Shown in pieces: positions 46,956-56,387 of a DNA stretch of 64,000 nucleotides. The notes beneath the pieces were generated by a model. It saw only the letters and a program-made list of their open reading frames with translations. It made no database searches and was not told the DNA's origin. The stretch lies in contig CAVXWP010000008.1 in assembly GCA_963765495.1 (NCBI GenBank), positions 704,001 to 768,000 of the forward strand. Reading direction: 5' to 3'. This DNA is from Blastocatellia bacterium (lineage in GTDB: Bacteria > Acidobacteriota > Blastocatellia > UBA7656). The first letter of the stretch is position 1; the number at the start of each line of letters is the position of its first letter. A program made the position numbers and the translations under genes.

Positions 46956-49472
46956 TTACTTAGCGTAATACCCCTTGCGTGCGCGAACAGCCGCATCAGG
47001 GCGCTTCACGTGGACTCGAACCCGGCGAAATGTTCCATCACGCTGAGGATTGGTCGAATAGTACCCCACGCTATAAACCGTGCGAATAGCCGCGCCTACT
47101 TTCTTATACACGCCCGAGAGGTCGCTTGCTTTTTCAGCTCGGAACAATTGGCCGCCTGTCAATTGGGATATTTGCTCAAGCTGATCCTGCGCGATGATGT
47201 AGGCTTCCGAAGACGAATTACCTCGCTCGAAGACTTCTTCGTATTCAGTGTCGAGATATATCGGAAAGACGAGCACGTCTGATTCTTCGAGCCGCCGGGC
47301 GAGTTGATTGTAGGAAACACGTGTCGGGGCGGGGTTGTACCTGTCTAGCGAGCTATCAACTCCGTCCGTCATTACTACGATGGCGTTTCGCTGGCCCTGA
47401 GTCCCTTTCAGCGTATCGGCCACGGCCCACCACATCGCCTCATAAAAGGCCGTGCCACCGGCAGGTCTCTCGATCCCTCTTATTCTTTCGCGCAACATCT
47501 TCCTGTCAGAGGTCAGAGGAGATATTACCTCGATTTGATGCGTAAACGCGATCACGGCGACTCTGTCTTCGGAACCCAGGACATCCAGAAAACGCAGGGC
47601 AGCTTCCTTGACCACGTCGAGCTTGTCCTGTATCGAACCTGAAAGATCAAGCAGCAGCACCAGATTAAAAGGCGCGGTTGTCGGGGCGAAATACTCAACC
47701 GTTTGTAACTGATTGTTCTCTAGAATCTCGAAATCTTCCTTCTTCAGATTTTGCAGTGAGAACCCTGATCGGTCGCTGACGCTCACATTCAGATTTACAA
47801 GCGAGGCATTGAGCCTGATGGCTCCTGCATCTCCCTCATCCTCATCGGCGGTTTCTGAAGAGGATGTGGCAGTAGGCTTGCCTCCCGTGTCACTCCGGCG
47901 GAGAACCGGAGGCGCATCTGGTCGGGGGTTATTTGACGCAATGGAAGGGAAGGAATCATCTCGATCATTTGAGGCCGGGTAACTGGAACCTGAACCCTGA
48001 TTTGCAGCATAAGGATCATCGGGATTCTGTGCACTCCGGCTTCCTCTTGAATTCCCCGCAGATCGTCCGGGCCAGATACTGGAATCGTTGCCCTTCACAC
48101 CCTGCCCCGATGGCTGCCGGTTCATCGGGTTGTTCATGTCGGTAGAGTCGCCGAGCGGCCTCCCGGATGGAATAATTCTTACCTTTAGGCCGGAGGACCC
48201 GCTGCTCGTGTCTTTTTGCTGGCGTGGGCGGATAAACGGACCTCCCCGGTATGTAGTGTTGGATTGTGTGCTTTGATCGTTTCCGGCAAAGACTACGGAG
48301 CCGTTCCCGGAAGAGGGCTGTCTGTTTGATTGCTGAGAGTTTTGCGAATCGGGGTCCGGCTGATCATAATCATTGTCGTTTGAGTCATAGGTCGTGTTGC
48401 CCGGGTCAGGTGCGTTACTCAGCGGTCTGTTTGATGGAATTATCCTGACTCTCGCTCCGCTCGATCCCGCGCTGGTATTTCTCTCTTCGCGGGGCCTTAC
48501 GAGAGGGCCGCTTCGATATGTAGTGTTGCTTTGCGTGCTCTGATCGCTTCCGCCAAATACAACAGTGCCTCCGCCGTAAGGCGAAGAGGCATTTGGTTGG
48601 GAACGGCGAGCGGGTGACTGCGCCTGCTGGTTGTAAGGATCAGGGTCATAGCCCTGACTGCGTCTGTCCTGTTGCTGCTCATAGGGTTGATTTGATGATA
48701 CTGAATCAACAGGCTCTCGGGCAGATTGTTGAGTATCAGGGCTTCCTGAGTTTGCGGCCACTGTGTTGCGGTTTTGATTTACAATTCGGGATATATTTGA
48801 TGAATTCGGCCCGGGCGAAAGCGTAATATTTCCGGTCTGACTGATCAGCGTGATCTGAGAGGCCCCGCTTCCAAGCCGCCCTTGAAGACTTCGAGTACCG
48901 GCACGTTCCAGACCTTCGAGCGAAACCGTAGACCGAACTGTTCCCTTCACAGATTCCAGGGCAATCTGCGCGTCGTCATTTTTTGGTAGCTGATAATCTA
49001 TGTTGCCGCCCGTGGTCTGCACGACCGCGCTTTGAAGAGGCCCGCTCACTTCGACAGGGAGTGCGCCTCCCGTCAGTTGAAGATGTGCGGTAGCAGGAGC
49101 ATATATCAAAAGATCAATGCGTCCGGGTAAACCTGTCTGGCGGCATTGGATAAAAAGGGAATTCTGAGCACCCATCATCATCACCTCGGTGGGTTGAAGC
49201 TGAGCGCCATCCCGACCCTTTTTCTCAGCCACGACTCTTACAGTCTGATTTCCCCATGCCTGTACACGGGTCGCACCGAGCGGATTCTCAACCTTTACGA
49301 TGCCACCGGGATCAAGAGTGAAAGACTCAACACGCATGGCCGCGTTTTGAGCGAGCAGGGTTGGAGTCAGTGTTGCAAAAGCAAAGACAAGCAACAAAGC
49401 AAGGGCTATGCTGATTGAAAACGGGCGCTTTTGTAATTCAGACGACTTTGCAATGGGGGCTTTTGATTTCAT
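46956..49472 (-). CDS. Exported acidobacterial-type VWA protein with an adhesin-like (DUF4097-like) N-domain and a long low-complexity linker
   Basis: Signal peptide, beta-repeat N-domain, LVNLNVSVSD..., MIDAS DLSGS, GGTAFYEA, MTDGVD, YSVGYY, RARKGYYA. Confidence 0.88.
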   Translation of the reverse strand: MKSKAPIAKSSELQKRPFSISIALALLLVFAFATLTPTLLAQNAAMRVESFTLDPGGIVKVENPLGATRVQAWGNQTVRVVAEKKGRDGAQLQPTEVMMMGAQNSLFIQCRQTGLPGRIDLLIYAPATAHLQLTGGALPVEVSGPLQSAVVQTTGGNIDYQLPKNDDAQIALESVKGTVRSTVSLEGLERAGTRSLQGRLGSGASQITLISQTGNITLSPGPNSSNISRIVNQNRNTVAANSGSPDTQQSAREPVDSVSSNQPYEQQQDRRSQGYDPDPYNQQAQSPARRSQPNASSPYGGGTVVFGGSDQSTQSNTTYRSGPLVRPREERNTSAGSSGARVRIIPSNRPLSNAPDPGNTTYDSNDNDYDQPDPDSQNSQQSNRQPSSGNGSVVFAGNDQSTQSNTTYRGGPFIRPRQQKDTSSGSSGLKVRIIPSGRPLGDSTDMNNPMNRQPSGQGVKGNDSSIWPGRSAGNSRGSRSAQNPDDPYAANQGSGSSYPASNDRDDSFPSIASNNPRPDAPPVLRRSDTGGKPTATSSSETADEDEGDAGAIRLNASLVNLNVSVSDRSGFSLQNLKKEDFEILENNQLQTVEYFAPTTAPFNLVLLLDLSGSIQDKLDVVKEAALRFLDVLGSEDRVAVIAFTHQIEVISPLTSDRKMLRERIRGIERPAGGTAFYEAMWWAVADTLKGTQGQRNAIVVMTDGVDSSLDRYNPAPTRVSYNQLARRLEESDVLVFPIYLDTEYEEVFERGNSSSEAYIIAQDQLEQISQLTGGQLFRAEKASDLSGVYKKVGAAIRTVYSVGYYSTNPQRDGTFRRVRVHVKRPDAAVRARKGYYAK

Positions 49473-49642
49473 GACCTACCTCCGCGTGTTCAAAAGGAAA
49501 ACTCGAACTGATCGCAACCGAAACGTCCAAATTTCGCGGCCACGATGTAAAATGAGCGTGCCTAGATTTTCTTATATGCGTGAAATGTAGTCAAACACAG
49601 GGATTGTACCCCATTCGGGGCAGGCTGGCGGAGTGAGAAGAT

Positions 49643-49750
49643 GAATCGTGATGCGTGATGCGTGATGCGTGAGAGGTAAAGGGGGCATCTCCCAATTGAA
49701 TTGTTAATGATCTCAAAATCACGGATCACGATTCACGCATCACGATTCAC
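49643..49750. repeat. Heptamer-repeat inverted element between the VWA genes
   Basis: GAATCGTGATGCGTGATGCGTGATGCGTGA ... TCACGGATCACGATTCACGCATCACGATTC. Confidence 0.85.
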
Positions 49751-49753
49751 TTC

Positions 49754-51496
49754 TTACGTTCCGGTTCGAGTTTCCAGGTCGTGGGCGTTATAACCTTTAC
49801 GGTGGCGCACTGCTATGTCGTCGCGACCGCGCACTCGAATGCGAAGCTGGCGATAGCCACCGTTTGAAAGCGGGTTCGTTGGATAGTAACTGACTACATA
49901 GACGTGTCGAAGCTCTTCGGCTATCCGGGAGGCAAGCCGTCTCAGGTCGCTTATCTGTTGAGCATCGTAGACCGGCCCGCCGCCCGCAGTGGTTATGTCC
50001 TGCATGAAATCGCCGTTTCGGCCGCGTCTGGGCCATCTCTGAACGGAGACTGCCGATGTCGCTCCGGTTACGGCTGTCAGATTTGAACCTGTGAACGGGC
50101 CTCGCCTTCGACCACCCGGCCAGGGCCACGGGAACGGGAGCGGAATGGGCATACGGGGAAAGGGATCTCTTGTCGTAGGCCAGCGATTTCTATTCATCCC
50201 CGTCCCCGGATACCTCAATCCGTAAACAAGCACGTCTGATTCTGTGACTATGTCTATCGCATCGTCATAGCTCGCCTGCTCGCTCGTAGTATCTTCTCCG
50301 TCCGAGAAGAGTATCATCGCTTTGCGGCCTTCTACGTTATTCAATCTGCGCCTGACCGTCTCGTACACCGCATCATAGACGCTCGTACCCGACGCTGTAG
50401 TTGTTTGGCGTATGGCCCATTCAAGCTGGCGTCGATCATTTGTAAACCCTGTGTGAAAGTGGATGTATCTGTCAAAAGATATCACCATCACCTGATCCTG
50501 AGGGCGCAATTGCCGCACAAATTCGATAGCCGCGTCCTGAATATCTTCGAGACTTCCCTGCACGCTCGGGCTCACATCCAGCAGCAATGCCACTTTGAAG
50601 GGAACTTCCTCATCCCCGAAAAAGGCAATCTCCTGCTGTTTTCCGTCTTCATATAGCTCGAAGTCTCGCTGGGAAAGCTGCGGCACATATCGGCCCGAAC
50701 GGTCGCTTACGAGCACAGGTATATTCACAAGCGTGGCAGCCAGCTTTATCGGCTCGTCCCCATTCACCTGGCCCTGCCTGGATTGGGAAGTCTGGGCGGA
50801 ATTATCCTGCTGATCGCCGGGGTCTTGATCGTCAGGCTCCTGTTGAGACTGCCCCCTGGATGGCCGTTGCAGCACCGGGGGCCGTTGTTTGCCTCGACTG
50901 TCATCGTATCCACCTAAATTGGGGGGCTGACGGCTGCTTGTATCCGTATCAGGTTGTCGTGAAGTTTGAGGCACAGGTTGCGGCTGTCGCGGGATCTGCC
51001 TACCGGCCTGTTCCTGACGAGATGGCTGCTGAGTCTGCTGAGAGGGGTATCTGGTAGCAGGCTGAGCGGCAGGCTGATTGCCTGTAGTCGTTCCGAGAGG
51101 CGGTCGGTCGAAAGGGGCAGGCTCTTTATGTCCTCGATCTGCTTCGGAGGATTGTCGTGCCTGTGGATTTTGCGGCTGCCCTCTTCCCGAATCATCCTTT
51201 TGAGGAGCGGGGGCATCCTGCCAGTCGCCTGCGCCCGAAGATTGAGAATCTTCCTGTGGGTCGGGTTCCAGATCAGTTTCGGCCCCATTATTCTGAACCG
51301 TCTGACGGCTGCCTTGATCCCCTCTTTTCTCAGTTGTGGGTGGTGCAACTCTTGACCCGTTTTTGCCACGACGTTGCCGCGACCCGGCAGATTGCTGCGC
51401 GGAACTGGCCCTTGTCGAAGCCAGAGGGAAGGCCGTAAGAATCGTGGCTGCCATTAACATAGCCGCGACTAAAGGTGCGAATGATCTGGGGCGCAT
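49754..51496 (-). CDS. Exported acidobacterial-type VWA protein with a Q/P/R-rich disordered N-region
   Basis: Signal peptide MRPRSFAPLVAAMLMAA.., MIDAS DVSPS, GTSVYDA, FSDGED, YVVSYYP. Start moved to ATG 51496. Confidence 0.88.
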   Translation of the reverse strand: MRPRSFAPLVAAMLMAATILTAFPLASTRASSAQQSAGSRQRRGKNGSRVAPPTTEKRGDQGSRQTVQNNGAETDLEPDPQEDSQSSGAGDWQDAPAPQKDDSGRGQPQNPQARQSSEADRGHKEPAPFDRPPLGTTTGNQPAAQPATRYPSQQTQQPSRQEQAGRQIPRQPQPVPQTSRQPDTDTSSRQPPNLGGYDDSRGKQRPPVLQRPSRGQSQQEPDDQDPGDQQDNSAQTSQSRQGQVNGDEPIKLAATLVNIPVLVSDRSGRYVPQLSQRDFELYEDGKQQEIAFFGDEEVPFKVALLLDVSPSVQGSLEDIQDAAIEFVRQLRPQDQVMVISFDRYIHFHTGFTNDRRQLEWAIRQTTTASGTSVYDAVYETVRRRLNNVEGRKAMILFSDGEDTTSEQASYDDAIDIVTESDVLVYGLRYPGTGMNRNRWPTTRDPFPRMPIPLPFPWPWPGGRRRGPFTGSNLTAVTGATSAVSVQRWPRRGRNGDFMQDITTAGGGPVYDAQQISDLRRLASRIAEELRHVYVVSYYPTNPLSNGGYRQLRIRVRGRDDIAVRHRKGYNAHDLETRTGT

Positions 51497-51741
51497 CTTA
51501 ATAAGCTCCGTTCTTTTTGTGCTTGTTGCGAGACTGGCTCGCGGGCCGATATTCCGGCAACTGTCCAGACTATCCCCCACATCGCTCATCCTCAAGATTT
51601 GGATGTTTTCAAGACTCGATTTCGTGGCCTGACATGTTTTTTTCTTTTGAGGGGTTTAATCCCCAAGCCTCGGAAGCTTGCAAAGTCCGTCGAGCCAATG
51701 TAAAAAACAGTTTGACCGCAATTTTAGAAATGGAACTAAAA

Positions 51742-52092
51742 ATGGAGAATTTAAAAGAGCTGACTAGCATCGAAGACCTGAACCAGATGCTAGATGACTC
51801 CGCAAAACACCCTGTCCTGTTGTTTAAGCACAGCCTTACGTGTCCTATCAGCGCACGCGCTTTCCGGCAATTAAAGTCGCATCTTGAAGAACCAAATCAC
51901 AGCGTAGAATATAACCTTATAACGGTACAAAACGCACGCGCTGTTTCGAGTGAAGCAGAAACAAGGCTTGGCATCCGGCACGAAACGCCGCAGGCAATTT
52001 TGATACTCGACGGAAAGCCGGTCTGGCACACTTCTCATTTTTCTATAACGGCAGAGGCTATTGAAGAAGCTATTCGCGATCAGGGATTATAA
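51742..52092 (+). CDS. ytxJ: YtxJ/BrxC-like monothiol thioredoxin-fold protein
   Basis: LFKHSLTCPIS and IRHETPQAI motifs. Confidence 0.85.
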   Translation: MENLKELTSIEDLNQMLDDSAKHPVLLFKHSLTCPISARAFRQLKSHLEEPNHSVEYNLITVQNARAVSSEAETRLGIRHETPQAILILDGKPVWHTSHFSITAEAIEEAIRDQGL

Positions 52093-52119
52093 CCATACGC
52101 TTCGATTCATTTATTAAAT

Positions 52120-53202
52120 CTATAACCCGGCTCTCTCGTGCTGACTCCGGTGATTCTTGGCTTCAAGCTTCTGGCGCAGACCGCTCAGGCTCTCTTTTAA
52201 CGTGTCAAGCATGCGCGGCTGGGCCATACGTTTCTTCATAAAACCGAGCATCCCGCCAAGCATATCTACCTGCATGCGTAAGGTGTAGGCAACGAGCGTT
52301 CTTGGACGGCTCTGATTGTCGGAGAACGGCATCAACTCTGCCACTGAAAGGCCCGCATTTGTGTAATGGCTTGAGTAGATTTGTTTTGAGGCGATATAGA
52401 CCCGCTCGCCGTCTTTATGAATCGTCACCTGCACAATGTTTATGACTGGTTTGAGGCTGCCAAATTTCTGTTTTGCCCAGTAGATAAAAGATTCGCTGTC
52501 GGGCAGTGTGGCATCCGGGTAATTCTCAAGGAAATTATAGAGGTGAGGGCAATGGCCGGATGTTTTTATCTGTTCACCGGCAATTGTGGCAAAAGACGCC
52601 CCCGCATCTACCGGATCATCCTTATCAACAAAGATGCCAAGCGCCTGTTTGCCTTTCGACTGATAGGACTTTACTCGTTCAAGCAGAAGGGTCTTGTATG
52701 CTTCGGCGACTCTCTTCTTCGTTGCAGGGGTTAACCCTTTTACCGAACCGAGGCTCGCCCGGAGTTTTGCAATCTCGGACTCTGAGAGTTTCACATCCGA
52801 ATCGCCTACCTTGCATTTCAACAACCCCCGCAGATCATCCGTTTCGATGGTGAGCGGTTCAAGGTCGGCAAGCGCTGGGGCGGCGCCGAAACGCCCTACC
52901 TCGAGGATATGCGGGTTTTGCTGGAATATCTCGAGCGTGCGAAAGGAATCGAGAAAAATCTCTATGGGGGCATCTGCCAGCACGGCTCCAAAACCGGCCA
53001 TCTCAGTCGATTCACTTGTTGACAGAGAGTGAACGACTACCCCGGACTGCTTCAAAGATTGCAAGTCGCCGGACCCTAATTTAAGGTGCGAGATTTGAGT
53101 TGCCTCAAGCGGCTGGCTTTCGCCCGGGACGTCCGGGTGGGCCACAGACATTGAAGCGCATCCGAGAATTATGGCCAGAAAAATTGAGAGTCTGCTTTTC
53201 AT
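52120..53202 (-). CDS. Exported conserved hypothetical protein
   Basis: Signal peptide MKSRLSIFLAIILGCASMSVA, with motif-like segments FIYWAKQKFG.LKP and IASKQIYSSHY. Confidence 0.75.
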   Translation of the reverse strand: MKSRLSIFLAIILGCASMSVAHPDVPGESQPLEATQISHLKLGSGDLQSLKQSGVVVHSLSTSESTEMAGFGAVLADAPIEIFLDSFRTLEIFQQNPHILEVGRFGAAPALADLEPLTIETDDLRGLLKCKVGDSDVKLSESEIAKLRASLGSVKGLTPATKKRVAEAYKTLLLERVKSYQSKGKQALGIFVDKDDPVDAGASFATIAGEQIKTSGHCPHLYNFLENYPDATLPDSESFIYWAKQKFGSLKPVINIVQVTIHKDGERVYIASKQIYSSHYTNAGLSVAELMPFSDNQSRPRTLVAYTLRMQVDMLGGMLGFMKKRMAQPRMLDTLKESLSGLRQKLEAKNHRSQHERAGL

Positions 53203-53258
53203 ATATGTTTCCCTTCCGCTAGATATCACTGACTACTGGCGGTGTCGGCCAATTAACC

Positions 53259-53274
53259 TACAAAACCCGTGCCA
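53259..53274 (-). promoter_or_regulatory. Sigma54-like promoter
   Basis: Minus strand reads TGGCACGGGTTTTGTA: perfect -24 element, -12 TTGT instead of TTGC. Confidence 0.55.
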
Positions 53275-53519
53275 TCAGAACAGGTCCGGTCTTGAGCATT
53301 TCTAAAAAATCTCGAAGCCGCGAATCATTGAAAAAACCGGCTCTTTTCGTGGGTTTTGTTTCGCAAAGTGTCCGCCGCTGATATAGCGGGATAAAGATAA
53401 TCCGAATTACTTTGATACTCTCATGGATAGACTGAGCAGTTACAGTACATTCTCTCTATAAATATCTTTTTGCCGATATGCTTATGAAGCGGTGGGAATG
53501 GGGGTCTAATCGAGTTTGC

Positions 53520-53744
53520 CTAGCCTGCTATGGCAGTCTGGTATGAATCAGCAGAAAGCCTTTTTCTATTTGCCTTCAGGGTGCGTCTGGGCATTTGATT
53601 ATTGCTTGCGGGAGCGGTGGTCAGATCGGTCACAAGCCCTCTGCCAATTAGCCTCAGTACAAGCTCAAGACAGAAAAAACTGATTCCAAGAGTTATTGCC
53701 GCTATGCCTGCGAGAAAAATCAACGGGGTTATGATTGCTAACAT
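53520..53744 (-). CDS. Small membrane protein (74 aa)
   Basis: Very strong SD AGGAGGAGGTG, hydrophobic MLAIITPLIFLAGIAAITLGISFFCLELVL followed by a basic tail. Start moved to ATG 53744. Confidence 0.75.
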   Translation of the reverse strand: MLAIITPLIFLAGIAAITLGISFFCLELVLRLIGRGLVTDLTTAPASNNQMPRRTLKANRKRLSADSYQTAIAG

Positions 53745-53771
53745 TCTCTTTTCACCTCCTCCTATTTCAAG

Positions 53772-53787
53772 GGCAACCAACGTGCCA
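53772..53787 (-). promoter_or_regulatory. Sigma54 (-24/-12) promoter
   Basis: Minus strand reads TGGCACGTTGGTTGCC, matching consensus TGGCACG-N4-TTGC. Confidence 0.8.
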
Positions 53788-53947
53788 GCCGGAATTGCCC
53801 TCAAACGGCCTGTTGGACTCAATTAAATTGAGGTCACATCTTATAAGTGCGTACAGTTGCCCGAGTCTTATGTTTGGTATAGGTACAAATTGAGTTGAAA
53901 GGAGCCTTGACCCGTGTCCCGTCCATTCCAGATAATCATCCTCTATC

Positions 53948-55717
53948 GTGATAGTGACCAAATTGAGACCTCATACGGATAAAATACTGCTGGCAGCCAT
54001 TTTCCTTTTTTTATCCGCCTCGACCATCGCATGGACGCTTGCCGATAAGACGCCTCCCGCCTGGGACCCGGCTGACCATATAAGCACGGGATATGATTAT
54101 TATCGCCCGCTGGCGCATCTGGATTTCCGTGGTTTTGGGGAGTCATTTTTCAGCGAACACAGGTATTACGCTCCTCTTGTCCATCTGGTAACCGCGTCTC
54201 TCTTTTTGCTGTTTGGCGCGTCGAAATTGATGGGAATAGGTGTGAACATCATCTCTCTTGCAGTCCTTCTCGCCTCGACCGCCTGGATAGCTCGGATGCT
54301 TTACACGCGAAACGGTGACGCCCCGACGGATCGAGCTTCGAAGGGGCCAACGGGTTCAGGGCTTGCCGTAGGAGTTGTCGCTGCGCTGCTTGCCGCATCT
54401 TATCACTTTCCCGCGTGGCTCCTGCACGATGCCTTTATTGATTTCCCCCTGATTGCGATTGTCACCGCAGGATTCGGCTTTCTGATTCAAGCGGGCGATT
54501 TCAAGAATAGACGCCATGCCCTCCTTTTCGGCGTAGTGGCGGGGCTTGGAATGCTCACAAAACAGACGTTCGCCTTTTTCCTGTTCCTGCCTGCGATCTA
54601 TGTCTCTCTTCGCATCCTGCTATCGCGCGACCGGCGGGCGATTGCAAATCTATTCTTAGCCGCAGTTGTTACCTTTGCCATCTCTGCGATCTACTATTTA
54701 CCTCATCTACAGGACGTGCTTGCGATATACAGAGTCAACCGCGAGGCTGCGATCAGCGAAAACGAAGCGCCGCTGTTCGGCTTTGTGTCGAATGTTTATT
54801 ACTCTTATGGGTTGATTGCCTTGCAGATGCAATTGCCTCTGGGTCTTCTGTTTATAGGAGGTTTGATTTATTCGCTTGCGCGCAGGCGAAAGGAATCAAT
54901 GATGCTCTACCTGTGGCTGTTGAGCGGAATAGGCACATTCACATTAATTGCAAACAAGGATATGCGTTACACGGTCCCGGTTCTGCCTGCCGCCGCATTG
55001 ATTTCAGTCTGCTGGCTTGGCTCGCTTTTTGCCGGGAAGACGGCTACGCGCTTGAGGCGCTCTGCCGTTACCGTTATAGTCGCGTGGGCATTTTTGAGTT
55101 TTTTCAACGCGCAATGGCCGCGCCCCGGCAGAGGCTATGCGTTAGACTTTCCAAAATTTCAGGTGATGATTTTCGACCGCAATTATTACGGATTTGACAG
55201 ACATCCATTGCCGGATGATTGGGCGGTCCCCGAATTGATCCGCGCTGTCGCAGAATACAAGGAGGACGACGATTCCCTGCCCTCAGACCAGGCCCGGGCT
55301 TTAGAGAGTCAAACCCGGAAACGCCGACGACCCACGCCGGAAGAGACCGTTTCGCCTCCGACTCGACCTACCAGCTCCGGGAACAATCCAAACGGGCCGA
55401 CCCTCGGCGTGGTAGTAAATCTCGTCACATTGAACCCTTCAAGCATTGCGCTTTATGCCCGCCTGCTTGCTCCCGAAAGAGCCGGGCCGCCTCTGATAAA
55501 CGTGGACTGGCTCGTAGTAGACGCGGCGCGCGACCGGATAGGCGACAGCGAATTTCTGCTTGTGCGTACGGGGCTTGATCACGCCGACTATGTCGCGCCT
55601 GTCGAAAGATATGCCCAGGCCTTGATACTCAATAATCCTGATCGATTTAGGCAGCTTGCATCATTTCCTATCCCGCTTGAGGGCGCGGAAGTCGTACTAT
55701 ATCGCTGCCTGAAGTGA
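53948..55717 (+). CDS. GT-C membrane glycosyltransferase (ArnT/PMT-like)
   Basis: PPAWDPADH loop, YYAPL, many TMs, GMLTKQT, NKDMRY. Confidence 0.82.
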   Translation: MIVTKLRPHTDKILLAAIFLFLSASTIAWTLADKTPPAWDPADHISTGYDYYRPLAHLDFRGFGESFFSEHRYYAPLVHLVTASLFLLFGASKLMGIGVNIISLAVLLASTAWIARMLYTRNGDAPTDRASKGPTGSGLAVGVVAALLAASYHFPAWLLHDAFIDFPLIAIVTAGFGFLIQAGDFKNRRHALLFGVVAGLGMLTKQTFAFFLFLPAIYVSLRILLSRDRRAIANLFLAAVVTFAISAIYYLPHLQDVLAIYRVNREAAISENEAPLFGFVSNVYYSYGLIALQMQLPLGLLFIGGLIYSLARRRKESMMLYLWLLSGIGTFTLIANKDMRYTVPVLPAAALISVCWLGSLFAGKTATRLRRSAVTVIVAWAFLSFFNAQWPRPGRGYALDFPKFQVMIFDRNYYGFDRHPLPDDWAVPELIRAVAEYKEDDDSLPSDQARALESQTRKRRRPTPEETVSPPTRPTSSGNNPNGPTLGVVVNLVTLNPSSIALYARLLAPERAGPPLINVDWLVVDAARDRIGDSEFLLVRTGLDHADYVAPVERYAQALILNNPDRFRQLASFPIPLEGAEVVLYRCLK

Positions 55718-55721
55718 AACA

Positions 55722-56372
55722 ATGTCAAACCTTTTCCCTGCGCTTTCCGACTTCACCAGAAAAGAACGGCTGATCGTTGACCGCTATCGTACTTCCGCAG
55801 AGGTTCAGAGCTATCTGCGCACAATCCCTTATAACCGTGAGCTTGAAAAGCCTACGTGTCTCTCATTTCGCAGCGTCCTTAGCAAAAATAAGGCTCATTG
55901 TCTGGAGGGCGCGCTCGTAGCCGCCGTCATACTCGAACAACACGGATACCCGCCTATGCTTGTCAGCCTGGAATCGCAAGACCTGCTCGATCATGTCCTG
56001 TTCCTTTTCAAGGAGGGAAATCGCTATGGCTCGGTCGCCCGCTCGCGCGATCTCGGGCTGCACGGACGAATGCCCGTCTTCCGAACCGTTCGCGATCTGG
56101 TTATGAGTTATTTCGATCCTTATATTGACAAGACGGGGCGAATTACGGGATATGCGGTCGCCGATCTTCGCGATCTGGGAAACTACGACTGGAGGTTTTC
56201 TGAGCGCAATGTCTGGAAAGTAGAGCGTCACTTGCAGGAAATCCCGCATCGAGAGATTCGCTCATCCGACGCGAGATATGAAAAATGGAGACGCCGCTAC
56301 ACAAGATTCAAAAAGAGATACCCTGATCGCCCGCTTGAATACTTCCCTTCCCGGCACCTGTGGCTCCTCTAA
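55722..56372 (+). CDS. Conserved hypothetical protein, possibly transglutaminase/papain-like
   Basis: IPYN, AHCLEGAL, DHVLFLF, SYFDPY. Starts 4 nt after the GT-C gene. Confidence 0.65.
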   Translation: MSNLFPALSDFTRKERLIVDRYRTSAEVQSYLRTIPYNRELEKPTCLSFRSVLSKNKAHCLEGALVAAVILEQHGYPPMLVSLESQDLLDHVLFLFKEGNRYGSVARSRDLGLHGRMPVFRTVRDLVMSYFDPYIDKTGRITGYAVADLRDLGNYDWRFSERNVWKVERHLQEIPHREIRSSDARYEKWRRRYTRFKKRYPDRPLEYFPSRHLWLL

Positions 56373-56387
56373 ATCTCACGCTCAATT

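Noticed and set aside
49500-51720. Sigma54 promoters upstream of the VWA genes (TGGACG..TTGC near 49515 and TGGCTCG..TTGC near 51680)
   Set aside because: The GG-to-GC spacing is 11 and 13 nt rather than the required 10.
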